Source: Octopus vulgaris (Eukaryota). From it: a stretch of 64,000 nucleotides of DNA. The notes under the pieces are model-generated. The model was not told where the DNA came from. It saw only the letters and a program-made list of their open reading frames with translations, and did no database searches. The stretch covers positions 67,394,001 to 67,458,000 of the forward strand of contig OX597826.1 of assembly GCA_951406725.2 (NCBI GenBank), written 5' to 3'. Positions 39,508 through 52,444 of this stretch are shown one piece after another; positions within the stretch are counted from its first letter, which is position 1; each line of letters starts with the position of its first letter. The position numbers and the translations under genes are program-made.

Positions 39508-39745
39508 GGCAAAGTCGATGTCGGTGGCGTTTGAAATCAGAACGTAAAGCCGGAAGAAATGCTGCTAACATTTCGCACAGCTCGCCATCATCAAGAAAGT
39601 AATAGACAGTCCTTTTTACTATAGAGACACGTTTTGAAATCTTGTGGGGAGGGGGATAGTCGATTGCATTGATGCCAATGCTCAACTGGTACTTATTTTA
39701 TCGATCCTGTAACGATGAAAGACAAAGTCGATTTTGCGGCAACTG
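39503..39745 (-). mobile_element. Two SINE family A fragments
   Basis: AAAGGCAAAGTCGATGTCGG...AGCTCGCC and CAACTGGTACTTATTTTATCGA...AAAGTCGA. Confidence 0.75.
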
Positions 39746-40259
39746 AAGGAAGTATTAGAGAATTTATTCCAAGAAAGAGATAGCCAAAAAATAGAAAAAG
39801 AAAAAAATGAAGAGAGAAAAAAGTGAAGACCTAAATGTCGGTCACTGAGGCAAAACCATAGTTTGGTCTGAGAATAAACAACAGCAGCAGCAATAGCAAC
39901 AACATCAACAACAACAACAATGTTAGACATAAGAACAAGAAAACCAGTAAATTTTTGGAAACTTTTCGTAATTTAAGACCCATGTAAATATAAGAAAGAT
40001 AAATATATTCTCCCACGCAAGAATGAAAGAAGAGAGAGTCATGGGAATTTTATTAAGAGTTTGTTAAGAAACACCGTGTCGGATATTCTATTTAGATAGG
40101 GCGAGGTTTTTGGCCATGATTTTAATATAACGAGACTTCTTATACTGACATCAAAAATGTTTCATAAATCAAACGCTTTGAGAAACCTCTCTATTTCAGC
40201 ACCTCAGGTTCATATCATATCATTATATATGCATATATTTATGTATTTATAAATGTAAG

Positions 40260-40273
40260 TATTTATGTATGAA

Positions 40274-40345
<72 letters not shown>

Positions 40346-40830
40346 TACATACATACATACATACACATGGACACACACATGTATATATTTTCATGTATAT
40401 GAATATATGTGTATGTGTGTATGTTTGCATATATGGAGCAAGGTATTTAAAAATACATATATCTGTACTCATGAATGTGATACCATATGCGATGAGTTTT
40501 CAGGGCTGTGTGTGTCTAAAGTATATATTATTCTATACGCTTCATATGCTTCCATACGAACATATACATATACATACATACATACATACATACGTGCACA
40601 CACACACAGACATACATACATACCTTATAATATATCTATATATGTATTTATATATACACGAACACATACAGACACACACTGCACAAACCACATACATGCA
40701 CACACACAGATATATACTGATCGTATATTGTACATTTATATATTTATGTGTGTACAAATGCTATAAATACACATAGTAGTGTATATTATATATGCTATCA
40801 AATTCAGTAAATACATTTGCGTTTGTCTAC

Positions 40831-40862
<32 letters not shown>

Positions 40863-40880
40863 TTGTGTGTGCTTGTGTGA

Positions 40881-40932
<52 letters not shown>

Positions 40933-41279
40933 GTTTTACTTGCGTATATGTGCATACTGGTGTATGCGCATGTGTGTATTTGTTTCGAGTGAATTTATTT
41001 GTCAAATGTCATGCTGTATAAAGAAATAGATACGAAACATGTCCTACTAAAGCGAAGAAAAACGAATATAGATATCCAATTAATTATATGAATACACCCA
41101 CACACACGCACACAGACACAAGCAGACACACACAGACAGACACAAAGACATATGTATATAGTCATCCAGTCACATATGTCTACTCATGACAAAACATGTG
41201 AGCAAATCCATTTATTAATACAGATTTATGCAGACAAATGTGTTATATAGTTACACGCAGATACGCACGCACATATGAA

Positions 41280-41344
<65 letters not shown>

Positions 41345-41435
41345 ATTTTTCTATCTATATATGGGTATATATATATATATATGTATGTATGTATATATAT
41401 GTATATATGTATATATATGTATGTATATATATATG

Positions 41436-41530
<95 letters not shown>
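40260..41530. repeat. (TA)n/(CA)n/(GA)n/(TATC)n microsatellite field
   Basis: Directly visible. Confidence 0.85.
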
Positions 41531-41563
41531 GTATTAATAGAAAAACAGGACGCAAAGGATTTT

Positions 41564-41650
41564 GCGGTACATATGTTTCGGGCTTTATTGAACAACATAT
41601 ATCAATGCATAATTGATATAAGAGGTAGATCAAAAGCCTTCTTCAGCCGC
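41564..41650 (-). ncRNA. Minimal type I hammerhead ribozyme (Penelope-like/retrozyme type)
   Basis: GCGG-CUGAAGA-[A GGCUUU...UAUAUCAAU-loop-AUUGAUAUA...AAAGCC C]-GAAA-CAUAUG-UA-CCGC. Stem I is a perfect 4 bp, all conserved core nucleotides are present, stem III is the palindrome ACAUAUGU, the triplet is GUA. The only defect is an A.C mismatch at the base of stem II. Confidence 0.75.
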
Positions 41651-41850
41651 GTACAATTACCACACCAAAGTCATGTATCACATTATAGTATGTTTGAGAA
41701 AATGTTTGAGAAAAAGTTTGGGAAAAACCGAGTTTTATTGGGAAAGTAAATTCTCATTGGCGCATATGGCATTGCGAGACTCGCTTACATTTATCAAGTA
41801 TTCACCCTGAATTTATTGTACCTAACTCACCTACGTTGTCAACTGGACTG

Positions 41851-41925
<75 letters not shown>

Positions 41926-41934
41926 AGTGCAATT

Positions 41935-42305
41935 ATATTTGTGTGGTTAAGAAGCTTATGTGCAGCTACGTGGTTTAGGGTTCATTCCTGCCACCCTGAA
42001 AGTTAAGCAAGTGCCTTATACTATAACCCCTGTCGGCCAAGTCTTTGTGCGTATGAAATTGTTGGAAAGAAACTGTATGGAAGCCCGTGGAATTGATATA
42101 TTCATGTGTGCACGTGAGCGCGTGTGGGTTTGTGTATTTGTGCTTTCTTACGTTGTTATTATTCGACACCAACAAAACGACTCCGCTTTATAACCGGTGA
42201 TTTGTTTACATCCACGAAGCCAAATGTTTCTGAAATGACAGCGATTAAGTAAGTACCAAACTTAGAAATAAAAGCTGGCATCGACTTATTTGCTCTAGCA
42301 TTACC
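41935..42305 (+). mobile_element. SINE family B-like, degenerate
   Basis: GTGTGGTTAAGAAGCTT...GGGTTCATTCC...GCAAGTGCCTTATACTATA...GTTTACATCC. Confidence 0.65.
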
Positions 42306-42977
42306 TTCGGTCGTAAATATCATTGTCTGCAGAAAGCAGATGCTGCCAATTTTCCGATTCAAGTTCAAAATCCGTGTGGTGCAACAAAACTGAAATATGA
42401 GAACCAGATCGTTTGTATGGGACAACCAAACTTGTTATCGGTAAGGTAGTGTTTTGTGCTCTAAACAGAACATAAACTCATTTTGGCTGAAAGTGATTTA
42501 AATATTCCAAAATGCTGATTATACATTTAAAATGACTGATTACCCATTTATTCTAGGCAGCCCTGAGGCACACAAACTAAACAATGCAAATGTAGAAAAA
42601 ATAATAATAATAAAACGCGGCGCTGAATCACTGCGGTATGTTGCTCGGAGTCTCGATCTTGTCCTCCGATAGCCCATGTATGGGAACCTTTGGACAGAAA
42701 GTTGCAAGATCGTCGAAAATTGCATAAATTGGAGAGCTGAAAGTAGGATTATCATGATGCAGTCCGCCATTGATAATTTAATCAAACCCATGCCGAATCA
42801 GGTGAAATTCGTGTTATTAATTAAAGTACGACCTACAAAATACTAAGGCCGACTTTCTATTTATTTTGCATAATTTTTCGTGCAGTTAAATTAACGCAGT
42901 AGTTTATTACCCTGGCTATAAAATTATTGTAATCCATCCATCCATCCATCCATCCATCTATCCATACATACATACAT

Positions 42978-43029
<52 letters not shown>

Positions 43030-43217
43030 TTCAGTAAGGCATACGGACACATAGCCGAAGACACACGCGTGTGCGAATGCTAATGGTTTTATCACTCACA
43101 AACACGAACACTTGAGAAGAAATTTGTAATGGATGATAGCAATGACAAAGATGTTGATAATATGATTAATGATTTCCGCGGTGGAACTAGGTACGATGTT
43201 GTTGACAGTAAGGAACA

Positions 43218-43650
<433 letters not shown>

Positions 43651-44157
43651 TGAGTGATTACAAGAGAAATGTGTTTCTATGCTGAACGCTTATTTTACAG
43701 CAATACTTTACGTACAAAACTAAAAATCAACGGCATATTCTGATAAAAACCTGGAAGATTAATAACGCAGATGTGGATATAGCGATGATCCCCTATAAAC
43801 TAGCTAACATGAGGAGATATGTTCTGTAAAGGAAAAAAAGATATCAGAAATTGAAATAGAGCATCTTAAATAAAAAAAAAATATACGTCAGAAAAATACA
43901 AATAGCGCTCGTGGAAAACTTAACAGTATCAATACGAAGAATTTAAACTCGAAGATAACACGTCTGATAAGGCAGGTATCGTTGTAGCCGATCTACCCCA
44001 AAACAAATTGCATCGAATAAATTTGTGATCAAATAATTTGCAAGAAGTTACTGTGTTGTCTTTACACATGTTTTTATTGTGAAAATAGAGCCGAAAAAAA
44101 TTCAGTTTGAAATGCGGTTGCCCGATCTCTCTGTCAGTTTGTTTTCTTGTATGTGAG

Positions 44158-44233
<76 letters not shown>

Positions 44234-44240
44234 CCTACCC

Positions 44241-44313
<73 letters not shown>
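44158..44313. repeat. (TATC)n microsatellite
   Basis: Directly visible. Confidence 0.95.
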
Positions 44314-44314
<1 letters not shown>

Positions 44315-44800
44315 GCGTCTCTCTGTCACTCGATCGGTCGCGCTGAATCTTCTTTAACCCCTATATATATATGGCGTTTGTATGTGTGTGTGTATGTGTG
44401 TGTGTGTGTGTGTATAATCTCTTCTTTCCTGAGCTCCAAACCAATACACTCTTTGTTGTTCCCACAGGTGTCTGAGATTTTCGTTTCTTTTCAGGTAATT
44501 TTGAACAATATAATTCAACGTATAAAATGGGGGAGGGGGGTAAAAATATATATGGACATTTTTCGAATTAAAAATATGGCATTGTATTCGTTATCGGTAT
44601 TCTAACGATGGCACTTTGTATCTTTGTTAGAAATCAGCTCTTTCTTCGAAGGAAGAATTTAAATAACCAAAACAGAAGATAATTACATACTTACATACAT
44701 ACAGACATACATACATATATGCTTGCATACATACATACATACATACATACATACATACATACATACATACATACATACATACATACATGCATACATACAT

Positions 44801-45352
44801 GGTGGCTGCCCCCTCGTTATCGAGTATGGCCATTGCACGAAGCTTAATCAATCTTGTTATCGTGCAATGCCTGTGCAAGAAGATTTTTTTTTAAGTGAGG
44901 AAAGGCTGTGCACTGAGCCAATCCCACTCACTAAGCAACAGCAGCCATAATCCGAAAAGAAGAACAAGTCAACATCATCGGTAACCACTGAGCCGCAGGT
45001 TTTATGTCGGAGTTATCCCAGTTACCTGAGTTACCTTCTTCTAGAAGGATGCCCTAACAAAGATTAGGAGTCCTTCACTCCTAATGGGTTAACCGCGCGA
45101 TCGGTTATTCAGTCCGATTATTTCTATGTTCCCGCGCATGATACAGCCTGAAGACATTTATTGGATGGCCGTTGACTCTCAAGAGTTCCTCCGCCCTTTG
45201 ACGGGTTTTGCTTTTCATCCCGCAGGGTGTCCAATAAACACCCTCCCCACCAAGCAAGCTTGGTGGGATTGCCGGTTTAATCGCCGACGACCCGACCATG
45301 CAACAGGTTGTACTGGGTTACATGTTACTAGTAGCACACGAAAGTGACCTGA
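44801..45352 (-). mobile_element. Structured ~550-bp non-autonomous retroelement (RTE 5'UTR-like) inserted in (CATA)n
   Basis: GC-balanced block with sharp borders and (CATA)n on both sides, containing several perfect hairpins. The similarity to RTE 5' UTRs is from recall only. Confidence 0.55.
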
Positions 45353-45449
45353 CATAACATACATACATACATACATAGATGATTGCATGCGTACGTATAT
45401 ACATACATACATATATTCATACATTCATACATACATAATTACTTACATA

Positions 45450-46170
45450 CAAGCATTTCTCTCTGTTTTCCTTTTCCAACTTTTACATTGAAATCTCCCA
45501 TCCCTATGATGTATGCGAACCTGTGGGCGAGAGTTTTCGTCGTCTTTGCTCGTATTTGTGAGAGCAGAGATCTGTACAGTCTACAGGCTGGCATTTCTTG
45601 AGAGACTAACATTTGGCACTCAGATGTGCAACGAAGGCAATCGGCAAGAAAGGAGTTTCGAAGCTTATTCTTTGCTTACGATGAGCCATGTATCACCTTC
45701 CGCTTTTCCCAATGCCAAGGAATTTATATCTGTCCTGTTCACGTTTACATCTTTCCTTCCACTTGTTTCACAGAGCCCCAGCACATCGCATTTGATTTCC
45801 TTTTTGCCTTCCATTAGATGGGACATTCTTGTTCTCTCTTCAGTTAAATGGGTCATTCTGCTTCTCTCATCCAAACAGCTGCAGCTATAGGTGTATATGA
45901 CAAGGATTGTTATCCGATTCCTTAGCGGACTATAAGTACCTGATATACTTAGTAGACTGTGGTATCTAGGATTTCTTTTTGCCACGATGGAGCGGTCCGA
46001 CGGACAAACAAGAAACATACAAGGCCAATTTTCTTTATTAAGTTGAAGCCACACCACTGGCTACGTGGACAGGCCCTTTATTACATCTTCAGTTTAGCAA
46101 AGTTCGAACTTCTAGCGGATAGATACGTGATCGCTTTAATGATGCTGTGCTTCCGTAGGATTTCGTAATA
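45450..46170 (-). mobile_element. RTE-clade LINE 5' fragment (AP endonuclease), decayed
   Basis: ORF 45665-46057 contains IKCDVLGLCETSGR. Downstream TVQISALT and IGMGDFNVKVGKG give the APE GDFN motif. Confidence 0.8.
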
Positions 46171-46202
46171 GGGGTATATATATAGGGATATATATTTATA
46201 CA

Positions 46203-46917
46203 TACAATTTTAAAAAAGAATAAAATTTTTATAAGAATTTATCAAGAATTTATCAAGTAGTGAGCGTAAAAAACCTCATAAGGAAAAATTATTAATTATT
46301 CCCTTTAAATAAATTTATTTATATTAAGGGTATTACTATACATAAATGCCTCACGCTACGAACGCATTCCCTCGGGTTCGGTAAAATGTGTTTATTATGG
46401 TAGTTTTGACTTGAAGAGTCCCTCGTGGCTTTAATATAAATAAATATATTAAAATGGAATAATTAATAAAATTTTCCTTTATAATGTTTTTCGATCTAAC
46501 TACTTGATTAATTCTTATAAAGATTCTATCCTATTTTTAAATTGTAAATTTAACCGGAATATATTCAGTGCTAAATTTTATTTTGAATAAACTCGTGTAC
46601 CGAGATGCAATTCGAAAAGCCTACCTCTTACATGGATATATATAAGTGAACAATTCTACGCACTATGCTGGATACATTTGGTGTTCGTCTGGTATGTTGA
46701 TTTTTTTGTTCAATTTTATGTAACTTGATTATGCCTGAACTGACGATTAAAAGTGCAATTTGGGCACTAATTATGAAATCATATGATCTGCAGCTGAATC
46801 TGTTTTTAAGATGCTCGCTTCGAGAGTTGCATTCCCTCGCGTTCGGTAAAATATGTTTATTATGGTAGATTTGACTTTGAGAGTCCCTCGTAGCTTGAGG
46901 CATTTATGTATAGTAAT
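46203..46917. repeat. Nested inverted/direct repeat element between (TA) runs
   Basis: ~120-bp inverted arms 46203-46327 and 46431-46546; ~67-bp direct repeat 46365-46431 and 46829-46896; 30-bp inverted pair 46332-46361 and 46888-46917. Confidence 0.8.
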
Positions 46918-46935
46918 GCTCTTTATATATATATA

Positions 46936-47335
46936 CTCTTTTACTCTTTTACTCTTATTTGTTTCAGTCATTTGACTGCGGCCATGCTGAAGCACCGCCT
47001 TTAATCGAGCAACTCGACCCCAGGACTTATACTTTTGTAAGCCCAGTACTTATTCTGTCGGTCTCTTTGCCGAACCACTAAGTAACGGGGACATAAACAC
47101 ACCAGCATCGGTTGTCAAGCAATGCTAGGGGGACAAACATGGACACACAAACACACACACACATATATATATATATACATATATACGACGGGCTTCTTTC
47201 AGTTTCCATCTACCAAATCCACTCACAAGGCTTTGGTCAGCCCGAGGCTATAGTAGAAGACACTTGCCCAAGTGGGACTGAACCCAGAACCATGTGGTTG
47301 ATTAGCAAGCTACTTACCACACAGCCACTCCTACA

Positions 47336-47339
<4 letters not shown>
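46936..47339 (-). mobile_element. SINE family B, near full length
   Basis: Reverse complement of 28582-28993 with a small deletion in the head. Confidence 0.9.
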
Positions 47340-47410
<71 letters not shown>

Positions 47411-48130
47411 TGAGAGAGAGAGAAAGAGAGAGCGAAAACTATATATATATATTATGCGAACATGAGCATTTTATTATTATAAGCAAATCATCTATGGTTG
47501 CCCGGCAAGGCGTTGCCGAACCCTTATACGTAGTCTAATAACGGGAAAGTCCATGAGTGCGTGTATGTGAGTGCGCGCGCGCCTATTATTTATACATGTA
47601 TATTTGTGTGTATGATTTTCATGGCGTAAGCACGATATAAATTTACTGAATGCAAAAATATATAATGTGTGTATTTGTTATAAGCTGTCACCTTTCTTTC
47701 ATTCTAACTAGAAGTTTCAAGATTTCTATGCTCGTACAATGAAGTGCCGTTTAATAAATGACTGACATGTATGAGTTGGATCCACGTGTTAAGGATTTTC
47801 TGGAGAAATTTGATTGGTCGCCAGAAACGATGTGACAGTTAAGATGGATGTAAATCGTAATTGTCTTGGTGGCCATAAAAAGTTTTGCGTGGAAATTGGA
47901 AATTAAACAAAGCATATCAAAGATACAGGGTAGATTGTTGTTGTTGTTGTTGTTGTTGGTGGTGGTGGTGTTGCTGGTGTTGATGGTGATGGTAACTTTA
48001 TATGACTTGAAGGCAATACTTATATTCGAATATTTATTCATTCGGGTATTTGTAAGCGAATAAATATATAAACAAGTAAATATCCGAGCAAATATTGTTG
48101 TCGTTGATATGAATATATCAATGCAAATAT

Positions 48131-48308
48131 GAAGAAGAAGAAGAAGAAGAAGAAGAAGAAGAAGAAGAAGAAGAAGAAGAAGAAGAAGAAGAAGAAGAAG
48201 AAGAAGAAGAAGAAGAAGAAATAAAATTAGAAAAAGAAAAAAAAAAGACAGAACAGGACAGGACAGGTTGCGAATATAAAGATATCTTTAAAATAATAAG
48301 GAAAATGA

Positions 48309-48363
<55 letters not shown>

Positions 48364-48365
48364 TT
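48131..48365. repeat. (GAA)n and (AAT)n microsatellites
   Basis: Directly visible. Confidence 0.93.
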
Positions 48366-49225
48366 AATTATATACTAATGCGTGCAATAAAATAACAATT
48401 CAACGAATAGGAGTGTTCAACATGCATATATTCGCTCATACACATGTATATATATATATATATATATATACATAACATGCACATATATATATATGTATGT
48501 ATGTGTGTATTTATGTATGTGTGCATATGTATGGGTATATATATATATATATATATATACATATATATCTATATATATACATATATATATGTGTGTGTGT
48601 ATTTACGTATTATATGCACACACACACGCACACACACATATACAGGCAAATCAATAATGAATGAAGATTTCTACAATAAAACCAGCAAACTGATGGGGAC
48701 GTTGACAGTGAACATTATTAGTTTGACACCCGATGTATATATATATATATATATTTACACAATTTTGATAGATTAGGAATTGTCATCTCATAAATACATT
48801 AATACTGTTTTACCCAGTAGTTTAATATTTTAATAATGTATCAACCGCACAGTTTTTTGCCAGTCAGTCAGAAAACCTAATCTCTTCTGATAAAGAAATC
48901 ATACACTTATGGCGCAGTTTCAAGTACGCCAAAGCGTTGTCGATGATTACCCAATTGATCTAGCTCTATGTGGTCAGGAGATTATCAACTCACAGATAAT
49001 TTAAGTTTTGCTTTTGCGTAGCCTTGGCTTAATCCTAATCCAGTACAGGTATAATCAAAAGCATTCCATCCGTGATCATCTTGTATTTTATTCAGGCATT
49101 TCTCTTGTTTGAACTATCCCATGTCACTTTCATTAATCCTTTTTTTTAAAGCTAGTTTATCTCTTAATCAGCAAATTTATCATCAAAGTTGTTTCATCGA
49201 CCGGTCTTGGAGTTAAGGGAGTAAA

Positions 49226-49497
49226 GAAACCCCCTTCGGTTAGGAATGACCATGCGATTGCACACAGAAATTTCTCCTTCGATGGACAAGTCCGAGTAAG
49301 ATTGTTTGTGGAAGACCAGAGGTCAGCCATGCATGATATACACCAGGGGCGTTGCAACTCAATTCCACAAGTGAGTCAATTGGAGCAATGTGAAATAAGC
49401 ACCTCTTGTTCAAGAATACAACACACATCCCGGTGCGGGAATCGAACTCACATCCTGATGATTGTAAGTCTCACTCTTTAACCACAGAGTCATATTC
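49226..49497 (-). mobile_element. SINE family D, degenerate
   Basis: GTTTGTGGAAGACCAG...TGGAGCAATGTGAAATAAG...GGGAATCGAACTCAC matches 20300-20636. Confidence 0.8.
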
Positions 49498-50390
49498 CAG
49501 CTTTTTGCGTATCAGAGTTTATTATTCCCCAATGTATTTTTCTGTCGGAGCGCTAAATAGTGTTGAAATTGAAAGAAATTTGGTTGGTATTTTTAGCAAT
49601 TCGATGGCTGCTGAAGAAGTTCTCTAGGTGGCATACCAAGTGGTTTGTAATATATAGTTTTATTTTCTGTTGGATCTCTTGTTGATTGTTGGTTAACTCC
49701 ATGTCAGCATTTGGACCGTGAGCATTCTTCTTTATTCAGATTTATTGGATAAAGTACTGCATTGTTGAACGTCGAATGCTGAATGCTTCCAACACGTTCA
49801 AAGACACTTGAGTATGATCGGAAGGAAATTTGATTGTTATTTCTGGCAGATGAAGAGCACGCAGATTATCATTTTGGTTGGTTACATGATCTCGGTAATA
49901 ACCTTGTTGCTTATAAACAGGCAGCAGATATTAGGAAGAGCACTGCAAAATAGTGGAGTGAGTAATATGTTTGGTGTGTTGAGTTTAGTTCAGCCCGAAG
50001 ATTTAGGTATATAACTACATGAGGGAAGATTTATATTCCATTTATTCGGATAAAGAAATGGAGGTATCTGGAATTAGATTGGGGAACGTGAATGTTGCTG
50101 TTGTAGGGATCTCTAAACAGTAAAGGAAATATATTAAGGCTCCCCAGAAAAAGAAATCCATTCTATTGGAGAATATATAATTTAGCTGTCATTGTTATAG
50201 GCCTGTGGCCTGATTTCGCAGCGCAAAGGACATCACACCAAAAAGAATATTGAAAGTTTTCGCATAGAAATTTAAAAGAAAGCAATTGACGTAACGATAC
50301 CAGCAACAGCGGCATCAATAAGTATCTACATTATGTACAACAGAAAGTACACTGTTGTTCAGATTGCTCAGAGATAGCAGAATAAATCTT

Positions 50391-50985
50391 AAGGCGGCGA
50401 GCTGGCAGAAACGTTAGCACGCCGGGCGAAATGCTTAGCGATATTTCGTCTGCCGTTACGTTCTGAGTTCAAATTCCACCGAGGTCGACTTTGACTTTCA
50501 TCCTTTCGGGGTTGATAAATTAAGTACCAGTTACGCACTGGAGTCGATTTAATCGATTTAAACCGTTTGTCTATCCCTGTTTGTCCTTCCTGTGTTTAAC
50601 CACTTGTTGGTTGTAAAGAAATTGGTATTTCGTTCGTCTTTACGTTCTGAGTTCAAATTCCGCCGAGGTTGACTTTGCCTTTCATCCTTCTAGGTCGATA
50701 AATAAGGTACCAGCTGTGTACTGGGGTCGATCAAATCGACTGCCCCCCCTCTTCTCAAATTTCGGGCCTTGCGTCTAGAGTAGATAAGAAATGTTAGCAT
50801 GCCGGGCGAAATTATTAGCGGTATTTCGTCTCTCTTTACGTTCTAAGTTCAAGTTCCGCCGAGGTTGACTTTCCCTTTCATCCTTTCGGGGTCGATAAAT
50901 TAGGTACCAGTTGTGTACTGATGTCGATATAATCGACTGCCTCTCTCCCCAAGAATTACGGGCTTTTTGCCTAGAGTAGAAAAAC
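50391..50985 (+). mobile_element. SINE family A trimer (one A1-tail unit followed by two A2-tail units)
   Basis: Three GTTCAA(A/G)TTCC(A/G)CCGAGGT(C/T)GACTTT bodies; junctions at ~50624 and ~50790. Confidence 0.9.
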
Positions 50986-51442
50986 AAATAAAAAACAAAA
51001 AGAATAATTATATATTTTGTGGTGTTAAACATTCCGGCTTCGGTTGCAAGTAGGAATCGAACTCAGTTACATTCAATACATAGTAGAGTATATATATATA
51101 TATGAGTACGCAAGTATATAACCATGCAGTCCTGGGTTGAGATTTGGGTTTCATCCTGTATTGTGGTATTTAGTGTCTTTTACAGTATCTTTGGATCACG
51201 TAAAAGATTAAGGCCATCGTACACATACCTATACACACATTCAGAAGAATACATTAAAAAATCTACCTACATACGATGGAAAGTCAAAAATTATACGGAC
51301 TCTTGTTTTGTCAATGTATTTTTTCAAAAGCAGAGACGTCATTTTTCTATATAGACTCCTTCCTTCTCGATGCACTTGGCCCAGCAGTCAACAAGCTTGT
51401 GTATTCTCTCTCCAAAAAGGTTTTCAGTTAATCGTGCAACCT

Positions 51443-51565
51443 AGGTCGACTTTGCCCTTCATCCTTTCGGGGTTGATAAACCTGTTGCGTACTGGGGTCG
51501 ATCAAATCGACTGGCCCACCTCCCCCCACAATTTCGGGCCTTGTACCTAGAGTAGAAAAGAATAT
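51443..51565 (+). mobile_element. SINE family A (A2) 3' fragment
   Basis: AGGTCGACTTTGCCCTTCATCC...AATTTCGGGCCTTGTACCTAGAGTAGAAAAG. Confidence 0.85.
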
Positions 51566-51621
51566 TTTAATATTCCTTTATACTTTCGGCACAAGACGTA
51601 TCATTATTGTCTTGCCCTCGA

Positions 51622-51711
<90 letters not shown>

Positions 51712-52241
51712 ATCATTATTAATGCGATGAGCTGCTAGAATGTTAGTGCACCTAAAAATAAAAAAAAAACCTTTGCGGCATTGATACCAGATGTTTTTGT
51801 AAATGGTTTACGCATTACTGCCGACAAGTAATTAATTAGCGACAATATATCTATATATGTTTCTTTCTTGTATTTAATTACCACTAAATATTAAATAGAT
51901 TATTAAATACATGAAAGACAAAATATATTTTTTTTTTACTGCTGAGTCGGAAAGAATGCGCGTTGCCTCTGACCTTTATAATCTCTTCTGAAAGAAGAAA
52001 GTTTGATGCCATTAATGTTTCGTTTCATTTTATAGTGTCTTTAGCCAATTATTCATTCGTCCGTAATAATACGAAAATGCCCCTCCACCCCCCAGAGACC
52101 TTAACACGATAGAGATAAACACTTGTCGCTTTCCTTATATTGTTATCGACTACCTACCTCTCTCCCGGGTCTTATGACTAATGTAGAAAGGTTTATTATT
52201 ACGAGCAGAAATACCGCTCACCGGGTGGCTATCTGCCTGTA

Positions 52242-52444
52242 TACTAGGGGCTGCTGAAAAGTTACCGGCTTTGTGTAAAAGAAAATAGAGGAAGATCAGA
52301 TAGCATATTCCCTTCTCAGATTCACATCTTATTGCTGCGGTCCTTCAGTTTTTCTAAGCCCTGTGAAAGAACACGAAAACTTAGGCCTCGGACTAAGCTT
52401 TTCGGGATATCCTAATGCCAAGAACTTTTCAGTACCCTCTCGTA
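52242..52444. mobile_element. mariner-type MITE (~200 bp)
   Basis: TA-bounded imperfect TIRs TACTAGGGGCTGCTGAAAAGTTACCGGC and its partner, reverse-complemented, TACGAGAGGGTACTGAAAAGTTCTTGGC. Confidence 0.7.

Noticed and set aside
42333-42440. Possible plus-strand exon (CTGCAG acceptor to GTAAGG donor, one open frame)
   Set aside because: No recognisable protein similarity; expected by chance at this window size. It would need RNA-seq support.
45230-45330. Twister ribozyme-like elements on the minus strand (UAA-CCCA...UGGG-GAGGG)
   Set aside because: P1/P2-like pairings exist, but the P4/L4 motif (CCGGUCCCAAGCCCGG-like) and the pseudoknots are absent.
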